Source of the DNA: Acutalibacteraceae bacterium
Lineage (GTDB): Bacteria; Bacillota; Clostridia; Oscillospirales; Acutalibacteraceae
DNA: 64,000 nt
NCBI GenBank assembly: GCA_045601905.1
Contig: JAZSAM010000040.1
Span: forward strand, 1,910-65,909
Direction of reading: 5' to 3'
Position 1 is the first letter of the stretch. Every line of letters begins with the position of its first letter. Shown one piece after another: positions 1-9,402 of this stretch. Made by a program: the position numbers and the translations under genes. Under the pieces are notes generated by a model that was not told the origin of the DNA, made no database searches, and saw nothing but the letters and a program-made list of their open reading frames with translations.

Positions 1-1
1 G

Positions 2-223
2 GGCATTGTCGGAACATCTTCTGTTACCTTGCAGGACAATATGAACAGTTCACCGTCTTCAGTAAATGTTAAAGTAACTCCTGCAAAAATCATCCTTGCC
101 GTTGTAGCGGTGATTGCGTGTGTGGCATTGATTGTTGCAGTTTGGCGTCCGATAAAGACCAAGGCAAAGGCTTCTGATGAAAAGAAAGGTAACAGTAAAA
201 ACGATATGCCCTGGGAAAGCTGA
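2..223 (+). CDS. 3' end of a CDS entering from upstream of the window; C-terminal membrane anchor, family unknown
   Basis: The frame is open from nt 2, with no stop before the TTG at 29. Hydrophobic stretch IILAVVAVIACVALIVAV is followed by a Lys-rich tail. Confidence 0.35.
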   Translation, partial: GIVGTSSVTLQDNMNSSPSSVNVKVTPAKIILAVVAVIACVALIVAVWRPIKTKAKASDEKKGNSKNDMPWES

Positions 224-365
224 GGTATATAATAATCTTAAGGCACAGGGTCTGCAGCTTTGCATGCTCTGTGCTTTCTTGTTCCCTCGTACCTCAGCCC
301 TCGGTCCCTAAATTTGCTATTTTAAAAATTACATCCCCCTATGCTTATTTTTTATGCCTAAACAC

Positions 366-394
366 TTGAAAAATAATCAATAATGTTATAAAAT
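366..394 (+). promoter_or_regulatory. sigma-A-like promoter for pgk
   Basis: TTGAAA (366-371), 17-nt spacer, TAAAAT (389-394), about 50 nt upstream of the pgk start. Confidence 0.5.
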
Positions 395-446
395 AGCAAA
401 TGGTGTTTTTTAATTCTAAATGTTATTAACGAAAGGAAAGAACAGA

Positions 447-1637
447 ATGAACGTATTAAACAAGAAATCAGTTGAAGACATTGACGTAAGAGGAAAAAAA
501 GTTCTCATCCGTTGCGACTTCAACGTAAAGATGGAAGACGGCGTAATCACAAGCGACAAGAGAATCGTTGCTTCCCTTCCCACAATCAAGTATCTCCTTG
601 ACAACGGCGCAAAGGTTATCGCTTGCTCACACCTCGGCAGACCCAAGGGTGAATTCAAGCCCGAATTCTCACTTGCTCCTGTTGCAGTAAGACTCGGCGA
701 GCTTCTCGGTATCGAAGTTAAGATGGCAAAGGATGTTGTTGGCGAAAGTGCACAGGCTCTTGCAGCAGACCTCAAGGAGGGTGAAGTTCTTCTTCTTGAA
801 AACGTTCGTTTCCATAAGGAAGAGACCAAGAACGATCCCGAATTCTCGAAGGCTCTTGCTTCACTTGCAGAAATCTATGTAAACGATGCTTTCGGTTCAG
901 CTCACAGAGCTCACAGCTCTACAACAGGTGTTGCTGATTACCTTCCCGCAGTAGGCGGTTATCTCATCCGTAAGGAGCTCGAGTACATCGGCGGTGCTCT
1001 TGAAAATCCCAAGAGACCTCTCGTTGCTATCCTCGGCGGCGCAAAGGTTTCCGATAAGATCGGTGTTATCACAAACCTTATGGACAAGGTTGACACTCTC
1101 ATCGTAGGCGGCGGTATGGCTTACACCTTCTTTGCAGCACAGGGCCACACAGTAGGTACATCAATCTGCGAAGAAGACAAGATTGACCTTGCAAGAGAAA
1201 TGATGGAAACAGCAAAGGCTAAGGGCGTTAAGTTCCTTATCCCCGTAGATAACAGAGTAGGTCTTGAATACAGCGCTGATACAGAGCACAAGATTGTTGA
1301 TTCAGATGACATTCCCGAAGGTTGGATGGGTCTTGACATCGGTCCCAAGACTGAAGAGCTCTTCGCAGATGCAATCAAGGGTGCAGGTACAGTAATTTGG
1401 AACGGACCTATGGGTGTTTCCGAATGGAAGAACTTTGCTTCAGGTACAATCGCAGTTGCAACAGCAGTTGCAGAAAGCGGTTCAATCTCAATTATTGGCG
1501 GCGGTGACTCAGCTGCAGCAGTTCAGAAGCTTGGCTTTGCTGACAAGATGAGCCACATCTCAACAGGCGGCGGTGCTTCACTCGAATTCCTCGAGGGTAA
1601 GGAACTTCCCGGTGTTGTTGCTCTCAACGATAAATAA
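447..1637 (+). CDS. pgk: phosphoglycerate kinase
   Basis: [27 protein letters not shown] and full-length PGK-like sequence. Start moved from 420 to ATG 447, which follows the RBS aaaggaaag. Confidence 0.97.
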   Translation: MNVLNKKSVEDIDVRGKKVLIRCDFNVKMEDGVITSDKRIVASLPTIKYLLDNGAKVIACSHLGRPKGEFKPEFSLAPVAVRLGELLGIEVKMAKDVVGESAQALAADLKEGEVLLLENVRFHKEETKNDPEFSKALASLAEIYVNDAFGSAHRAHSSTTGVADYLPAVGGYLIRKELEYIGGALENPKRPLVAILGGAKVSDKIGVITNLMDKVDTLIVGGGMAYTFFAAQGHTVGTSICEEDKIDLAREMMETAKAKGVKFLIPVDNRVGLEYSADTEHKIVDSDDIPEGWMGLDIGPKTEELFADAIKGAGTVIWNGPMGVSEWKNFASGTIAVATAVAESGSISIIGGGDSAAAVQKLGFADKMSHISTGGGASLEFLEGKELPGVVALNDK

Positions 1638-1639
1638 GA

Positions 1640-1662
1640 GTAGTCAGTAGGCAGTAGGCAGG
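1640..1662 (+). repeat. short tandem heptamer array (CAGTAGG-like, about 3 units)
   Basis: gtagtCAGTAGGCAGTAGGCAGG directly after the pgk stop. Confidence 0.6.
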
Positions 1663-1681
1663 GCTCAGAAGGAGGCTGATT

Positions 1682-1716
1682 CGGGATCGGGAATCCGGAA
1701 TGCGGAATTGGGAATT
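1682..1716 (+). repeat. tandem heptamer array, 5 units (sGGAATy)
   Basis: cgggatc gggaatc cggaatg cggaatt gggaatt. Approximate reverse complement of the array at 1864-1896. Confidence 0.7.
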
Positions 1717-1863
1717 GAAGGTCGCTTCGCTCCGGATTATATGACGGCTACAGCAATGCAAATACTGTCAAATCAAACGGAATTTAAGAATTATTTATAA
1801 TAAATTTCCCGTGGGAGATGTCAGTGTAACTGACAGAGGGCATTATAATGCGGCGCAGCCCCA

Positions 1864-1896
1864 CAATTCTGCATTTTGCATTCTGCATTCTGCATT
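1864..1896 (+). repeat. tandem heptamer array (ATTCTGC-like, about 4.5 units)
   Basis: caattct gcatttt gcattct gcattct gcatt. The same heptamer recurs at 26232-26255 and 43422-43438, and in reverse complement near 8606. Confidence 0.7.
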
Positions 1897-1937
1897 AAAA
1901 CGGCGTCACTATTTAATATTAAAGGAGTATAAAAGTT

Positions 1938-2711
1938 ATGAACAAAGCTACACGTAAGGCAGTTATCGCAGGTAACTGGAAAATGAATATGACTCCCTCT
2001 CAGGCGAAGGCACTCATCGAAGAAATGAAGCCCCTCGTTGCAGGTGCTGACTGTGAAGTTGTTCTTTGCGTACCCTTCGTTGACATTGCAACAGCAATTG
2101 AAGCAGCAAAGGGCTCAAACATCAAAATCGGTGCTGAAAACGTACACTTCAAGGCTTCAGGTGCATACACAGGCGAAATTTCAGCTGAGATGCTCAAGGA
2201 ATGCGGCGTTGAATATGTTGTTGTAGGTCACAGCGAAAGAAGACAGTACTTCGGTGAAACAGACCAGACTGTAAACCTTCGTTCACTTGCTGCCCTCAAG
2301 GCAGGCCTCAAGCCCATCATCTGCGTTGGTGAAACTCTCGAGCAGAGAGAGCTCGGCTACACAGAGACTCTTCTTAAGTATCAGACAAAGATGGCTCTTA
2401 CAAATGTAAGTGCTGAAGAACTCAAGAATGTTGGTATCGCATACGAGCCTGTATGCGCAAACGTCACAGGTGTTACTGCAACAGCTGACCAGGCTGACGA
2501 GGGTAACGGCTACTGCCGTGCTGCAATTGCAGAGGCTTACGGTGCAGACGTTGCTGAAACTGTTACAGTTCAGTACGGCGGTTCAATGAACGCAAAGAAC
2601 GCTGCAGAGCTTGTTGCAAAGGTTAACGTTGACGGTGGTCTCATCGGCGGCGCATCACTCAAGGCTGAAGACTTCTCAGTTATTGTAAAGGCAGCTTCCG
2701 AGCAGAAATAA
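1938..2711 (+). CDS. tpiA: triosephosphate isomerase with atypical loop 6
   Basis: GNWKMN, GHSERR, AYEP, YGGS and GGASL motifs are present. RBS is aaaggag. Position between pgk and gpmI fits. Confidence 0.9.
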   Translation: MNKATRKAVIAGNWKMNMTPSQAKALIEEMKPLVAGADCEVVLCVPFVDIATAIEAAKGSNIKIGAENVHFKASGAYTGEISAEMLKECGVEYVVVGHSERRQYFGETDQTVNLRSLAALKAGLKPIICVGETLEQRELGYTETLLKYQTKMALTNVSAEELKNVGIAYEPVCANVTGVTATADQADEGNGYCRAAIAEAYGADVAETVTVQYGGSMNAKNAAELVAKVNVDGGLIGGASLKAEDFSVIVKAASEQK

Positions 2712-2717
2712 AATTCA

Positions 2718-2742
2718 GAGGGGCTCAATGAGCCCCTTTTTA
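2718..2742 (+). terminator. rho-independent terminator or attenuator after tpiA
   Basis: GGGGCTC-aat-GAGCCCC followed by TTTTT. Confidence 0.65.
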
Positions 2743-2790
2743 ATGCAGAGTGAATTTTTGTATATCAGAACAAAAAAGGAGCATTTTAAA

Positions 2791-4323
2791 ATGAAAAAAC
2801 CTGTATTATTATGTATCATGGACGGCTTCGGCAGAAATGACGAAGCTTACGGCAACGCAATCGAAGCTGCAGCAACTCCCAATCTCGATAAAATTATGAA
2901 GGAAAACCCTATGACCTTTATCGGTGCATCGGGTATGGATGTAGGTCTTCCCGACGGTCAGATGGGTAACAGCGAGGTTGGTCATACAAATATTGGTGCA
3001 GGCCGTGTTGTTTACCAGGAGCTGACCCGAATTACCAAGTCCATCAAGGACGGCGACTTCTTTAATAACGAGGCACTCAAGGGTGCAATGGAAAACTGCC
3101 TTAATAACGGCAGTGCACTTCACCTTATGGGTCTTATGAGTGACGGCGGTGTTCATTCACACAACACTCACATGTATGCTATTGTTGAAATGGCAAAGAA
3201 GATGGGACTTAAGGAGGTTTATGTTCACTGCTTCCTTGACGGACGTGACGTTCCTCCCGCATCAGGTGCTGACTTCGTTCAGGAAACCTGCGACAAGCTC
3301 AAGGAAATCGGTCTCGGTAAGGTTGCTACAGTAATGGGCAGATATTACGCTATGGACAGAGACAACCGTTGGGACAGAGTCGGCAAGGCTTATGCTGCAA
3401 TGGTTTACGGCGAAGGAATCAAGGCTGAATGTCCTGTTGCCGCAATCAAGGAAAGCTATGAAACAGTCGATGCTGACGGTAAAAACCTCACCGACGAGTT
3501 CGTTCTTCCCACCGTTTGTGCTGAAAATGCGTGCATCAAGGCAAACGACAGCGTTGTATTCTTCAATTTCCGCCCTGACAGAGCAAGAGAAATCACAAGA
3601 ACATTTGTTGATGAGGCATTTGACGGCTTTGAAAGAAGAAACGGCTTCTTCCCGCTTTACTATGTATGTATGACACAGTATGATGCAACAATGCCCAATG
3701 TTCATGTTGCCTTCAAGCCTCAGACTCTTGAAAACACCTTCGGTGAATACCTTGCAAAGATGGGCAAGACTCAGCTTCGCATTGCTGAAACTGAAAAATA
3801 TGCTCACGTAACCTTCTTCTTCAACGGTGGCGTTGAAAAGCAGTATGAGGGCGAGGACAGAATCCTTGTTGCTTCACCCAAGGTTGCAACCTACGACCTT
3901 CAGCCCGAAATGAGTGCTTATGAGGTAACCGAAAAGGTAACAGAGGCAATCAGAAGCGGTAAGTATGATGCAATCATTCTCAACTTTGCCAACTGTGACA
4001 TGGTAGGTCACACCGGTATCTTTGATGCTGCAAAGGCAGCTGTTGAAGCTGTTGACACCTGCGTAGGCAAGGTTTACGATGCAGTAAACGAAATGGACGG
4101 TGTAATGCTTATCACAGCTGACCACGGTAATGCCGATAAGATGTATGAAGCAGACGGTTCACCCTTTACTGCCCACACAACAAATCCCGTTCCCTTTGTA
4201 GTATGCGGTTGGGACTGTGAGCTTCGTGAGGGCGGAAAGCTTTGCGATATCGCTCCTACAATGCTCAAGATTATGGGACTCGAGCAGCCTGCAGAAATGG
4301 ATGGCGAAAGCATAATTAAATAA
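2791..4323 (+). CDS. gpmI: 2,3-bisphosphoglycerate-independent phosphoglycerate mutase
   Basis: MKKPVLLCIMDGFG...GNSEVGH...ADHGN are iPGM hallmarks. Start moved to ATG 2791, after aaaggag. Confidence 0.97.
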   Translation: MKKPVLLCIMDGFGRNDEAYGNAIEAAATPNLDKIMKENPMTFIGASGMDVGLPDGQMGNSEVGHTNIGAGRVVYQELTRITKSIKDGDFFNNEALKGAMENCLNNGSALHLMGLMSDGGVHSHNTHMYAIVEMAKKMGLKEVYVHCFLDGRDVPPASGADFVQETCDKLKEIGLGKVATVMGRYYAMDRDNRWDRVGKAYAAMVYGEGIKAECPVAAIKESYETVDADGKNLTDEFVLPTVCAENACIKANDSVVFFNFRPDRAREITRTFVDEAFDGFERRNGFFPLYYVCMTQYDATMPNVHVAFKPQTLENTFGEYLAKMGKTQLRIAETEKYAHVTFFFNGGVEKQYEGEDRILVASPKVATYDLQPEMSAYEVTEKVTEAIRSGKYDAIILNFANCDMVGHTGIFDAAKAAVEAVDTCVGKVYDAVNEMDGVMLITADHGNADKMYEADGSPFTAHTTNPVPFVVCGWDCELREGGKLCDIAPTMLKIMGLEQPAEMDGESIIK

Positions 4324-4333
4324 AAAAGAAGTT

Positions 4334-4367
4334 CAGCTGCGGTGTTGTTCCGCAGCTGATTATTTTG
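4334..4367 (+). terminator. rho-independent terminator after gpmI
   Basis: CAGCTGCGG-tgttgtt-CCGCAGCTG followed by a T-rich tract. Confidence 0.8.
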
Positions 4368-4468
4368 TTAAGGTGAGGTTAATAAAATTTTAATATATTC
4401 GGAAATTTGTCTTGAAAATGAATTAGAAATGTGTTATTATAAGAGAAAAAAAGAAAGGGGTAAGAACC

Positions 4469-6127
4469 ATGAAAAAAATAGTTTCAGTAATTCTTTCAAT
4501 TCTTATGATTTTTGCCGTGATGGCTCCTGCGGTAAGTGCAGCAGACGAAAAGGAAGTAACGGTTTATGTCGAAGGCTACGGCGACGCTCTTTACGGTAAA
4601 AGCGGTGAACAGGCTTTCCCTGTAGACCTTGGTCTTGTTGAAAAGCTTGAGGTAATGCTCGGCGACCTTCTTGCTAATCTCGCTTGGGCTGAGCTTACAG
4701 GTGATTACACCAGGTACAGTCAGCAGCTTTACGATCTCATTGCTCCCGGTTATGCTGACTTAAAGCTTGATAACAACGGCGAATCAAGAAAAGATGACGG
4801 CACATGGTACGACGGTCTCGGCTTTGCTCCTCTTGACAGAGTTGAGCTCAGCGGCGGCAGATTTCAGGACGGCTACTACCGTTTCCGTTATGACTGGAGA
4901 CTTTCGGTAGAATACAATGCAGAGCTTCTTGATAAGTTTATCGGTATAGTTGCCGGAAGAACAGGAGCAACAAAAATTAATGTTGTAGGCCGTTGCCTCG
5001 GCGGTAATATTGTTTCATCACTTCTTCAGAACGCATCAGATGCAACAATTGCTCTTATCGACAAGGTTGTGCTTTACATTCCCTCAACCCTCGGTGTTGA
5101 TTTCATCAGCGCACTCTTCTCAGGTAAGATTGTTCTTGATCCCGATGCAGTTGATAACTACGTTACATATTCACTGAAGGATAACGATATTCTCGGCGAT
5201 GCTATTGAGGGTGAGATGTTTGAAGGTCTCACAACAATTGTTAATTTCATCAACGAAATTTATGTTCTCGGTTACGGAGCAGATGTTGTTGAAAAAATTG
5301 TTGAATCCGTAAGGGAGGATGCTCTTGCACGAATTCTCCGTGACTCCTACGCTTCATTCCCTTCATTCTGGTCTATGGTTTGTTCCGATGATGTTGAAGA
5401 TGCAATTGCCTTCATTTATAACACTCCTGAGCTTCAGGAGGAATATGCGGGAATGATTAAAAAGATCAGATCCTACCACGAAAATGTTCAGGTGAATGCT
5501 GCAGACAGAATGCTCGAGCTTGAAAAAGCAGGTAAGGAGATTATGGTTATCTCAAAGTATAACTATGCAGACTTCCCGCTTTCAAAGAATGCAGCTCAGC
5601 AGTCAGACGGCACAGCAGCAACCTATGCAACCTCCTTCGGTGCTACAGTTGCTCCCTTCGGAAGCACTCTTACAGAAAAATACATCAAGTCAATGGATAA
5701 GGAAGACTTGAAGTATCTTTCTGATGATAAGATGATTGATGCATCAACATGTACTCTTCCCGATACAACATGGTTCATCAAGAATCTTTACCACGCAAAT
5801 TTCCCCCAGTGTGTTGACAGCCTTATAGATGTTTTCTTCAGAACAGAGGGTATGACTGTTGAAACTATGAAAGAGTATCCTCAGTTTATGAAGTATGACA
5901 AGGAAACAGGTGAGCTTTCAGAGGTTACAGGCCTTGATAAAGGTGATATTATTGACAAGGATTCTCTTGAGGCAAAAACATCAGTCTTTATGAGAATTCT
6001 CAAAATGATCTTTGATTTCCTCACAAAGCTTCTTGAAGGCAAGATCATTGACTTCGGTCCTGCACCCGAGCGCACGGAGAATTCCTTGATTCCCACACTT
6101 CCCACATTACCCAAAACCGCTGAATAA
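4469..6127 (+). CDS. secreted alpha/beta-hydrolase, LCAT/PGAP1-like, with a Cys in the nucleophile elbow
   Basis: Signal peptide MKKIVSVILSILMIFAVMAPAVSAADE. FRYDWR motif at codons 139-144. GRCLGG at codons 174-179, with TGC at 4994-4996. RBS is aaagggg. Confidence 0.7.
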   Translation: MKKIVSVILSILMIFAVMAPAVSAADEKEVTVYVEGYGDALYGKSGEQAFPVDLGLVEKLEVMLGDLLANLAWAELTGDYTRYSQQLYDLIAPGYADLKLDNNGESRKDDGTWYDGLGFAPLDRVELSGGRFQDGYYRFRYDWRLSVEYNAELLDKFIGIVAGRTGATKINVVGRCLGGNIVSSLLQNASDATIALIDKVVLYIPSTLGVDFISALFSGKIVLDPDAVDNYVTYSLKDNDILGDAIEGEMFEGLTTIVNFINEIYVLGYGADVVEKIVESVREDALARILRDSYASFPSFWSMVCSDDVEDAIAFIYNTPELQEEYAGMIKKIRSYHENVQVNAADRMLELEKAGKEIMVISKYNYADFPLSKNAAQQSDGTAATYATSFGATVAPFGSTLTEKYIKSMDKEDLKYLSDDKMIDASTCTLPDTTWFIKNLYHANFPQCVDSLIDVFFRTEGMTVETMKEYPQFMKYDKETGELSEVTGLDKGDIIDKDSLEAKTSVFMRILKMIFDFLTKLLEGKIIDFGPAPERTENSLIPTLPTLPKTAE

Positions 6128-6293
6128 AATTCAGCTGAACAATTAAACCGACGAGGCTGCAAAGAACGGAAGTTTTTTACAGCCTCTTTTATAATATTTT
6201 TTTACTTTTTCCTTGACTTTGATGACATATTTTGATATAAATATACTAGGTATTTTATGTAATGGATAATTATATATAAAAAGGAGTGTAATC

Positions 6294-8537
6294 ATGGATT
6301 ATATCAAGAATCTCATGAACAACAACAAGGTGCTCAAAACCATTAGCATTGTCCTTGTTGTTGCAATCGTTATCACCTCTGTTTTCGGTGTGGCAGTTAA
6401 TGTCATCGGCGGTGAAAAAGTAAACTGTGTAAAAGAGGTTGAGGCTTACAACAGTGCAAAGCCTGACTTCAGTTCATACTTTGTAAGTATGAGTGAGGAT
6501 GAGCTTACAAAGCGTCTTGACAAGAGTGAAGCTGCTCTCATCAGCATTATATCAATGGTTAACATCGAAGAAATGCTTTACAGCGATGAGGTTGCAACTC
6601 TTATTGCAAGATTCACCTCCGAGCTTATCGGCAAGGAGTTTGCTGATGTGAAGTTCAAAGCAATGAAAAAGAGCTTCCCCGCTGCTTACGATTTTGTTAA
6701 GGCTGAAAAGGAAGCAGGTAAAACCTGGGCTGACCTCGGTGTAATTCCTTTCGGAATCGAGAAGGGCGACAAGGAAGCCTTCATCAAGGCTTGCGGTGCC
6801 GGTGCAGAAGCCTTCGGTAAGAATCTGCTCAAGGTTATTCTCAATGCTCCCTCTTCCTATAACGATGCACTTGTTCCTGCACTTGAGGCTTTACATACAG
6901 GCCCGATGCCCACTTTCTCAGAGTTTGTAAGAACAACAGGTCTTTCAGGCAGTAAGAGAATGGAGCTTCTTGTAGAAAAAATTCTTTCAATTGTAGATCC
7001 CATCAAGGAAGCACCTCTTACTTACCTTTGTGAGATAGCTCCCGACTTCTTTAAAAATTATACCAAGGCTGCAGAGTTCCTTAACGGCAAAAAGGGTGTT
7101 GAAAAGAGAGCACACCTTGTAATGCCCACAATCGACGGCCTTCTTAATGAGGTTCTTGCTTCAGCAGGTCTCAAGGTTCCCGCACTCGATGTTGCTCAGG
7201 CTTCACAGATGGGCACAGCAGTTGTTGACGAAAGCGGAGCAAACAGAGGCGAAAGAGTAAGAATCAACGGTGACAGAGAGGTAGTATTCTGCTTTATGGC
7301 TGATTACATCCTTGATACACTTGTATATGAAAACAACTTTGAATTCGTTGACAAGCTTCTTACAAAGGACTTCAAGAATGAAGCACTTCAGCAGGGAATT
7401 GCAGGCGAAATTATCAATAGTGACCTCTTCAGAGTATTCCTTGCAGACTTTGTTGACATCCTTTCAAAGATTCAGGGCAGAACTGCTCCCGATGTTCAGG
7501 CAGAGGTTGATGCTTACAATGCTCAGGATAAGGACTTCAGTGCTGTATTTGCATGGCCTGCAACAGAAAATACTGTTTCAGCAACAATTTCTGCACTCGA
7601 TGCAATCATCGTCGGTTCACTTTCAGACTTCAGCATTGAAGGCGCAATCTTCTCTGATACCTTTGCAACAACAATTGTAAAGCTTACCGCAAAAATGTGC
7701 TCAAAGGAAATTTCCGACCTTGTATTTGCTGCTCTTAAGAAGAGCTTCCCCAATGCTTATTCCTTCCTTATGGAAGCACAGTCAGCAGGTAAGACCTGGG
7801 CGGACATCGATGTAATTCCCTTCGGAATCACAGCAGGTGACAGAGCAACCTTTATAAAGGCTTGTGCTGCAGGTGCAGAGCACTTCGGTGATGCTCTTGC
7901 AATGTGCCTTCTTGCTTGTCCCACATCCTATGAGGAAGCACTTGTTCCTGTATTTGAATCACTTCACACAGGTCCTATGCCTGAAATCAAGGATTTCATC
8001 CTTTACTCAGGTCTTGATGCAGCAAAGAGAATGGAATTTGTAGTTGAAAAGGTTCTTGAAATTATGGATCCTCTTCTTGCAGCTCCCATCACCTACCTTT
8101 GTGAATTCCTTCCCGACTTTGTTGCAAGCTACAATAAGGCTGCAGCAGTTGCGGCTAACGACCGTGACATCATTGATAAGGCAGGCATGCAGCTTCTTCC
8201 CATCAATGAGCTTCTCAGTATGGTTCTTTCCGATTTCGGTATCACAATGCCCGAATTTGACTTCTCAACAATCGAAAAATTCGGTAACGCAAGACTTGCA
8301 GCCAGCGGTGACATCGGCGGACAGAGAATGGAAATTGTAGGCGACAAGGAAGCAGTCTTTGTATCAGTGGCAGGACTTATCCTCGCAGTTGCAAAGCAGG
8401 ACGGCAACCTTGAAGCAGTTGCAAACCTTCTTACAAGCACACTCGGTCTTGAAACCGAAGCAGTTACTTCAGCAATGTCAACATTCAACACTGTTGTTTC
8501 AACAGTTAACGGACTTGTAGGTACAGCTGCTGCATAA
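6294..8537 (+). CDS. N-terminally membrane-anchored protein made of two ~356-aa tandem repeats; function unknown
   Basis: TM segment ISIVLVVAIVITSVFGVAVNVIG. Residues ~47-402 and ~403-700 align throughout, for example KKSFPAAYDFV..AGKTWADLGVIPFGI with KKSFPNAYSFL..AGKTWADIDVIPFGI. Confidence 0.8.
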   Translation: MDYIKNLMNNNKVLKTISIVLVVAIVITSVFGVAVNVIGGEKVNCVKEVEAYNSAKPDFSSYFVSMSEDELTKRLDKSEAALISIISMVNIEEMLYSDEVATLIARFTSELIGKEFADVKFKAMKKSFPAAYDFVKAEKEAGKTWADLGVIPFGIEKGDKEAFIKACGAGAEAFGKNLLKVILNAPSSYNDALVPALEALHTGPMPTFSEFVRTTGLSGSKRMELLVEKILSIVDPIKEAPLTYLCEIAPDFFKNYTKAAEFLNGKKGVEKRAHLVMPTIDGLLNEVLASAGLKVPALDVAQASQMGTAVVDESGANRGERVRINGDREVVFCFMADYILDTLVYENNFEFVDKLLTKDFKNEALQQGIAGEIINSDLFRVFLADFVDILSKIQGRTAPDVQAEVDAYNAQDKDFSAVFAWPATENTVSATISALDAIIVGSLSDFSIEGAIFSDTFATTIVKLTAKMCSKEISDLVFAALKKSFPNAYSFLMEAQSAGKTWADIDVIPFGITAGDRATFIKACAAGAEHFGDALAMCLLACPTSYEEALVPVFESLHTGPMPEIKDFILYSGLDAAKRMEFVVEKVLEIMDPLLAAPITYLCEFLPDFVASYNKAAAVAANDRDIIDKAGMQLLPINELLSMVLSDFGITMPEFDFSTIEKFGNARLAASGDIGGQRMEIVGDKEAVFVSVAGLILAVAKQDGNLEAVANLLTSTLGLETEAVTSAMSTFNTVVSTVNGLVGTAAA

Positions 8538-8556
8538 GAAACCACATAATAAACAA

Positions 8557-8593
8557 GCGGTCACAGAGATTGTTCTCCGTGACCGCTTTTAAG
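8557..8593. terminator. bidirectional terminator between convergent genes
   Basis: AGCGGTCACAGAG-attgtt-CTCCGTGACCGCT followed by TTTT. Confidence 0.75.
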
Positions 8594-8655
8594 TTTGAAG
8601 GAGTAATGCAGAATTTGTGGCTCCGATTACAACAGCATCGGATTGTAAAGGACTT

Positions 8656-9273
8656 TTAATAAATGACAAGCAATCTGCCTGATTTTACACTGATTGAGGC
8701 TTCTTCACCAATGAATTCATTGCTGACACCAAAGGGCGTATCAAGACGCAAGCTGACGTCATTTACGCAGTATCTGAGTCCTTTTATTGTAACACCGTTG
8801 CTTTCGTCGCAAAGAGAAAAAACTGAAATATAACCGTTTTTTCGTTGAGGCAGCGTGATTTCTCCGTCGGAAAAGCCGAGCCAGTTTTTCTCACCGTGAA
8901 TAAGCTTACCCTTTGCACCTTTACTGCAAAGATAAGAAAGAAGAGCAACATTTGCAACGGAATGGTCGCTCCTTTCACCACCGAGAGCACCGAAAATCAC
9001 AAAATCTCTGTAGCCCCGTTTCAGTCCTTCATCAACGGCAACCTTCATGTCGGTGAAGTCCTTTTCGCAGGGGAGTATAATCTTGTTTTCAAATTCAGGA
9101 GTTAATCCGAGTGAGTCAAAATCACCCACAACAAGGTCGCACATCCTTCCGAGAAGTGTACTGTGCTTAAATCCACCGTCAGCACAGATTATAAAATCAC
9201 CTTCATCGGCTTTTATGTCTGTTGCTTCGGGTACATCTCCTGCACCGATTATATAGCAGATATTATTCTCCAT
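8656..9273 (-). CDS. thiN: thiamine diphosphokinase
   Basis: IIGAGD...ICADGG...VGDFDS...KDFTDM...GGERSDH is the motif series typical of TPK. Confidence 0.88.
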   Translation of the reverse strand: MENNICYIIGAGDVPEATDIKADEGDFIICADGGFKHSTLLGRMCDLVVGDFDSLGLTPEFENKIILPCEKDFTDMKVAVDEGLKRGYRDFVIFGALGGERSDHSVANVALLSYLCSKGAKGKLIHGEKNWLGFSDGEITLPQRKNGYISVFSLCDESNGVTIKGLRYCVNDVSLRLDTPFGVSNEFIGEEASISVKSGRLLVIY

Positions 9274-9402
9274 AACTTATCCTCACTACTTACTATTTAC
9301 TACTTCAAGTATATCACACTGTATCAACTTATTCAACAAAAACTCTTTACAAAAACAGTTTTATACATTAGAATATAGGAAGTAAAAATAAAGGAGCAGT
9401 CT

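Noticed and set aside
416-829. 137-aa minus-strand ORF antisense to pgk, and similar antisense ORFs throughout the track (for example 897-1148, 2809-3156, 3262-3807, 8129-8545, 17456-17836, 45793-46230, 62363-62869)
   Set aside because: All are embedded antisense or out of frame in confidently identified housekeeping genes and lack RBSs.
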